DNA of 64,000 bases. Origin: Candidatus Latescibacterota bacterium. Lineage in GTDB: Bacteria > Latescibacterota > UBA2968 > UBA8231. The translations under genes and the position numbers were made by a program. The stretch spans positions 3,200,001 through 3,264,000 of the forward strand of contig CBDETY010000003.1 in NCBI GenBank assembly GCA_965243025.1. Direction: 5' to 3'. Below the pieces are notes generated by a model, which did not search any database, was not told the origin of the DNA, and saw only the letters and a list, made by a program, of their open reading frames with translations. Below are positions 59,924 through 64,000 of this stretch, piece by piece; the first letter of the stretch is position 1; each line of letters begins with the position of its first letter.

Positions 59924-60162
59924 GGCGTTCTCCGAAAAACCAGAAAATAGGGTGTGAAGGATCATGTACCACAAGCGATCCCTGCTGCCCTCGCGGGAGG
60001 CACTCCGGGAGCCGGCCCGGCTCGAGCCCGGGACTTTCCCAGCCCCGCGAAAACCCCTCGAGGCCGGACGGACCGGCTCATTCGTCCGAATGCCGCGCGC
60101 ACTTGTCCGTATCGCTTGCCCGGGATTAGTGATGTGTGACTATATGTGAAGGAGGAAACACA

Positions 60163-60363
60163 ATGGCGACAAACCTGGCGATAGACCCGATGCTGCTCGA
60201 CAAGGCGTTGGAAGTCGGCGGCGAGAAGACGAAGAAGGCGACTGTCAACCGCGCCTTGCGGGAGTTCATCGCGCGCAGAGAGCAGGAACGGCTCCTCGAT
60301 CTTTTCGGAAAACTCGACTGGGGCGAGGAGTTCGACTACAAACCCGAACGAAGCCGCCGGTGA
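60163..60363 (+). CDS. vapB: Type II antitoxin, VapB family (RHH)
   Basis: AGGAGG RBS; MATNLAIDPMLLDKALEVGGEKTKKATVNRALREFI...LFGKLDW...DYKPER. Confidence 0.85.
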   Translation: MATNLAIDPMLLDKALEVGGEKTKKATVNRALREFIARREQERLLDLFGKLDWGEEFDYKPERSRR

Positions 60364-60455
60364 CGCTGTTTGTGGACACGAGCGAAATGCTTGCCGACCT
60401 CGACTTCAATCACATGGCAAAGTGGACGGCAGACGAACTCTGGCCCGCCCGCTGA
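60360..60455 (+). pseudogene. vapC: VapC PIN toxin remnant (in-frame internal deletion)
   Basis: The GTG overlaps the vapB TGA. Translates as MTLFVDTS-EML-ADLDFNHMAKWTADELWPAR*, i.e. the PIN N-terminal VDTS fused to the C-terminal DxDF motif; only 31 aa. Confidence 0.75.
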
Positions 60456-60480
60456 CCACCCGGAAGGAGGGACCGATACC

Positions 60481-61311
60481 ATGCAGGACCTGCGCATCGC
60501 CGCGGTGCAGATGAACTGCCGCGTCGCCGAACACGAACGCAACCTGGCAACCATCGAGCGCTTCGCGGAAGAAGCCGCGGCGCAGAACGTCGACATCGCC
60601 TGCTTTCCCGAGCTGTGCGTGTGCGGGTACAACGCCGGCGACACCTCGACGCCCGAACCCGAGCCGCTCCAAGGGGAATCCCTCGGCAGGCTCGAAGAGA
60701 TCTCCCGCGGCTGCGGGATCACCCTGCTGGCCGGCATCCTCGAAAGGGACGCCAGCGGCATCGTCTACAACACCCAGGTCGTCTGCGGCCCCGAGGGGTA
60801 CGCCGGCCACTACCGCAAGACCCACGTCCCCGATCTCGAGATCGGCACCTGGCGCCACGGAGACGACCTTCCGGTGTTCGACCACCCGAAGGCCCGCTAC
60901 GGAATCGAGATCTGCTACGATTCCCACTTCCCGGAGCTGAGCGCGCTGCTGGCCGAGAAAGGGGCCGAGGTGATCTTCCTTCCCCACGCCTCGCCCCTGG
61001 AGACCCCCGCGGAGAAGCGTGCCCGCTGGATGCGCTACGTTCCCGCCCGCGCCTACGACAACAACGTCTTCGTCGCCATCTGCAATCACGTCGGCGACAA
61101 CGGGGCGGGCCGCACCTTCTCGGGGGTCACCTTCATCTGCGATCCCCTCGGCGCCGTCATCGCCGAGGTGAGCAGCGGCAGCGATGAGGAGATGATCGTC
61201 GCCGACCTCAGCGCCTCGGCCATCGATGAGAGCCGCAGGAACACGACGATGTTCTTCCGCCATTACCGCCGGCCCGAGATGTACCGGCGCTGGGAGGACG
61301 AAATCAGGTAG
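60481..61311 (+). CDS. Carbon-nitrogen hydrolase (nitrilase superfamily)
   Basis: GGAGG RBS; catalytic triad motifs CFPEL, YRKTH and EICYD. Confidence 0.9.
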   Translation: MQDLRIAAVQMNCRVAEHERNLATIERFAEEAAAQNVDIACFPELCVCGYNAGDTSTPEPEPLQGESLGRLEEISRGCGITLLAGILERDASGIVYNTQVVCGPEGYAGHYRKTHVPDLEIGTWRHGDDLPVFDHPKARYGIEICYDSHFPELSALLAEKGAEVIFLPHASPLETPAEKRARWMRYVPARAYDNNVFVAICNHVGDNGAGRTFSGVTFICDPLGAVIAEVSSGSDEEMIVADLSASAIDESRRNTTMFFRHYRRPEMYRRWEDEIR

Positions 61312-61340
61312 CGGAGGGCTGGTCCCCGGGCCCGCACAGG

Positions 61341-62540
61341 CTATGGTGAGAAGACTGCCCGGGTCAGCCGTTCCGTCAGGTCGTCCTCTACGGTACCGAT
61401 GTCGAAGGAACTCATCTCACTGCCATCCAGGACCTCGGAAATGCCGGGGGTTTCGGCAGTTGCCACCGCCTTGGCAGCGAACCCCGCTTGGTCGAGCAGC
61501 TCGTGGATCTTGTCGGCGCGGATACCGAACCCGAGGGCTGCCTGTGAGATGCGGGCAGGAGCTCCTCCCAGGGTGAGGACGACATTGGATATGCCGGCAT
61601 TGTTGACCGCCAGAACCTTCCCCGTCTCGTCGAAGATGGGGCTGCCGCTGGTGCCGCCCGACAGATCGAGGTTGTGCTGAACGACATAAGCATCGCGCGC
61701 GCTGTAGCGTTCGCCCTGAAACGGGGGACGCACGGCGCTGACAGTGCCGTCCTTGAATGTCGCGATGGGATAGAGGTGATCGAGATTCCCTCCCTGCAGT
61801 TCGCCGGGAAACCCCAGCGTCGCTACCCGTGAACCCACCTTCAACCGCAAAGCTTCCGATACCGTCGCCAGAGGAATCAACCGGGGCATCGACCCTTCCC
61901 GAACATGCAGCGCTCCTACATCCGGGGAGCTGAGATCGGCAGGGTCCCATAGCCCGTGTGTACTGTACTGGCTTATAAAGAAATAGTTCCACCTGGGTAC
62001 GAGAGAAGAAGTCAAGTTTTGCACGACAAGCCATTCGGCTGCCAGGTCAGTACCGAATCTCTCGTTGAAACCCTGGAATTGATCGTCCAGCTGGACAAGT
62101 GCGTCTATGATATGCCCGTTGGTAACTATAGTTTCCCTGGTTATCGCGAAGCCGGTTCCGACAAAGGTGAAAATAATGTCGTCCTCGGAAACGAACACGG
62201 CGTGAATCACGGCGTAGACGGAGCGCTGCATGCCGTTGACGACCTGGCTCCAGTCGCCGATCAGGCGCTCCAGTGCTTGGACGCGGTCCCGGAGTCTCTC
62301 GAACTCCGGGGGTGAGATATCCGTCTGGCCAAGCTTGGCCCTGATTTCATTCACTTCATCCGCATTGTCCGCGGTCACCGCGACCTGATCCAGCCGTTCC
62401 ATCAGGCTGTTTCGCTCCTCCTCCTGTTCTGCTTCGAGCTCGTCGATCCGCTGTTCCAGTTTCTCCACCCGTCCGGACAGGGGATCCTCGCTACAGGATC
62501 CCAAAACCATTGCCAGGATAAAAAGAGGGAGATAACGCAT
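61341..62540 (-). CDS. Trypsin-like serine protease lipoprotein with N-terminal coiled coil
   Basis: Lipobox VLGSC; heptad region; GTGF, TNGH, PDV, LGFPG and GGTSGSP. Confidence 0.85.
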   Translation of the reverse strand: MRYLPLFILAMVLGSCSEDPLSGRVEKLEQRIDELEAEQEEERNSLMERLDQVAVTADNADEVNEIRAKLGQTDISPPEFERLRDRVQALERLIGDWSQVVNGMQRSVYAVIHAVFVSEDDIIFTFVGTGFAITRETIVTNGHIIDALVQLDDQFQGFNERFGTDLAAEWLVVQNLTSSLVPRWNYFFISQYSTHGLWDPADLSSPDVGALHVREGSMPRLIPLATVSEALRLKVGSRVATLGFPGELQGGNLDHLYPIATFKDGTVSAVRPPFQGERYSARDAYVVQHNLDLSGGTSGSPIFDETGKVLAVNNAGISNVVLTLGGAPARISQAALGFGIRADKIHELLDQAGFAAKAVATAETPGISEVLDGSEMSSFDIGTVEDDLTERLTRAVFSP

Positions 62541-62679
62541 GATTCAGGCTCCTTTCTTTTATTGCCACCGATGAGTACAAGACACACTGTCATTGCGCCG
62601 GGTTCCCAACCCCAAGGGTCCCGCTGCAAGGAGGGATCCGGTACGGACAGGCTTATCTTCAAGGGAGGGAGACACCGGG

Positions 62680-63147
62680 ATGCAGCAGGAATTCATGGGC
62701 AGGGCCATAGAGCTTTCGCGGGTTCACATGAGAGCGGGGGAAGGCGGGCCGTTCGGCGCCGTCATCGTCAGGGGCGGTCGGATCGTCTCGGAGGGATACA
62801 ACGAGGTGATCGCCAGCAACGACCCCACCGCCCACGCGGAGATCATGGCGATCAGGAAGGCGGCCTCGAGGCTCGGCAGCTTCCACCTCGAGGGATGCGA
62901 GATCTACACCAGCTGCGAACCCTGCCCCATGTGCCTGGGCGCCATCTACTGGGCGAGGATCGAGAGGATCTATTTCGGGAATACCGCCGAAGACGCCAGG
63001 GAACTGGGCTTCGACGACGAGCTCATCTACCGGGAACTGCAACTGCCGGGGGCGGAACGCCGGATCCCCTCCCGGCAGTTGCTTCCCGGGCAGGCGGCGG
63101 CGGTCTTCCGGGAATGGCGGGATATGGAGGGGCACATCCCGTATTAG
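62680..63147 (+). CDS. guaD: Guanine/nucleoside deaminase (cytidine-deaminase fold, GuaD-like)
   Basis: GGPFGAVIV, DPTAHAE, SCEPCPMCLGAIYWA and GFDD; convergent with a purine permease. Confidence 0.85.
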   Translation: MQQEFMGRAIELSRVHMRAGEGGPFGAVIVRGGRIVSEGYNEVIASNDPTAHAEIMAIRKAASRLGSFHLEGCEIYTSCEPCPMCLGAIYWARIERIYFGNTAEDARELGFDDELIYRELQLPGAERRIPSRQLLPGQAAAVFREWRDMEGHIPY

Positions 63148-63328
63148 TGCCGCCCGAGCCCGAACCGTCCGGAACCGTCCGCTTCAGCCTGGAAGCGGAC
63201 GATTTCAGAGGCGCAACTCCCAGAAGATGCCCCGGATCCCTTCGCCGATGAAATCTGGTGCCTGCGCGCGCAAATTCCGCGTAAATCCGGCGCCCCGCGT
63301 TCGTAACGCTTCTTGCCCGCTCAGATCC

Positions 63329-64000
63329 CTAGCTCACCGCGAACCGGATCGCGAACAGCACCGCCACCGTGACCACCGCCAGGTTGAGCTCGCGGCGGCG
63401 TCCCACCAGCAGTTTGATGACCGCGTACGAGATGAATCCGAGGCCGATACCGGTGGCTATCGAATAGGTGAAAGGCATCGCGATCGCGGTCACGATGGCG
63501 GGAACCCCCTCGGTCAGATCGTCCCATTCCACGTGCCGCAGCGCCCGCGCCATGACGCACCCGACGAAGATGATCGCCGGAGCGGTAGCGTATCCGGGGA
63601 TCGCGGTCGCCACCGGCGCGAACACCAGCGCCACCAGGAACAGTCCGGCCACGACCAGGGCGGTCAGTCCGGTGCGGCCGCCCGCCCGCACTCCGGCGGC
63701 GCTCTCGATATAGGACGTCGCCGTCGACGTGCCCGCCAGGGCCCCCAATATGGTGGCGGAGCTGTCGGCCACGAGGGCCCGGCGCAGCCCGGGAACGCGC
63801 CCGTCCCTGTCGGTCAGCCCCGCCTCGTTGAGCACGGCGACCAGGGTGCCGCTGGTGTCGAACAGGTCCACCATCAGAAAGGCGAACACGATGGCGAGCA
63901 GGCCGACCTCGAGCGCCGCGGCGATGTCCAGCTGAAACGCTGTCGGGGCCAGGGAAGGGGGCGTGGACACCACGGATTCGGGCGCCGGCGACAGCCCCCC
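63329..64000 (-). CDS. NCS2/AzgA-type purine permease (5' part outside the window)
   Basis: DLFDTSGTL, YIESAAGVRAGGRTGLTA, ATAPA and MPFTYSIATGI. Confidence 0.9.
   Translation of the reverse strand, partial: GGLSPAPESVVSTPPSLAPTAFQLDIAAALEVGLLAIVFAFLMVDLFDTSGTLVAVLNEAGLTDRDGRVPGLRRALVADSSATILGALAGTSTATSYIESAAGVRAGGRTGLTALVVAGLFLVALVFAPVATAIPGYATAPAIIFVGCVMARALRHVEWDDLTEGVPAIVTAIAMPFTYSIATGIGLGFISYAVIKLLVGRRRELNLAVVTVAVLFAIRFAVS

Noticed and set aside
62541-62679. Purine riboswitch upstream of the guanine deaminase
   Set aside because: No recognisable purine aptamer core in this divergent intergenic region.

Overview
This is a GC-rich, gene-dense bacterial window with about 48 genes. The profile suggests an FCB-related, possibly host- or sponge-associated candidate lineage (Latescibacterota, Handelsmanbacteria or Poribacteria-like); this is inferred from FlgD/T9SS-like C-terminal domains, TWGxxK tails, five PhyH dioxygenases and a YWTD-repeat protein. 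The main system is a complete non-actinobacterial ubiquitin-like conjugation/proteasome operon on the minus strand: arc-dop-ubact(C-terminal YRQRTGE)-prcB-prcA-pafA. It appears to be headed by signal peptidase I behind a near-consensus sigma70 promoter and ends in an overlapping secreted M6 metalloprotease. Other notable elements are a dnaE2 plus catalytically dead Y-family polymerase cassette with a candidate SOS box, a ~165-nt 6S-like structured RNA candidate, a GmrSD-like DUF262/DUF1524 defence gene, RDD-signal peptidase and GNAT-glycosidase-like fusions, and two classes of putative C-terminal sorting signals. Four decayed genes are not resolved by the ORF track: a paralogue fragment, mlrC, vapC and an amber-interrupted YWTD gene. 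No CRISPR, tRNA, rRNA or intact IS element was seen. All calls come from reading motifs by eye; no searches were run.
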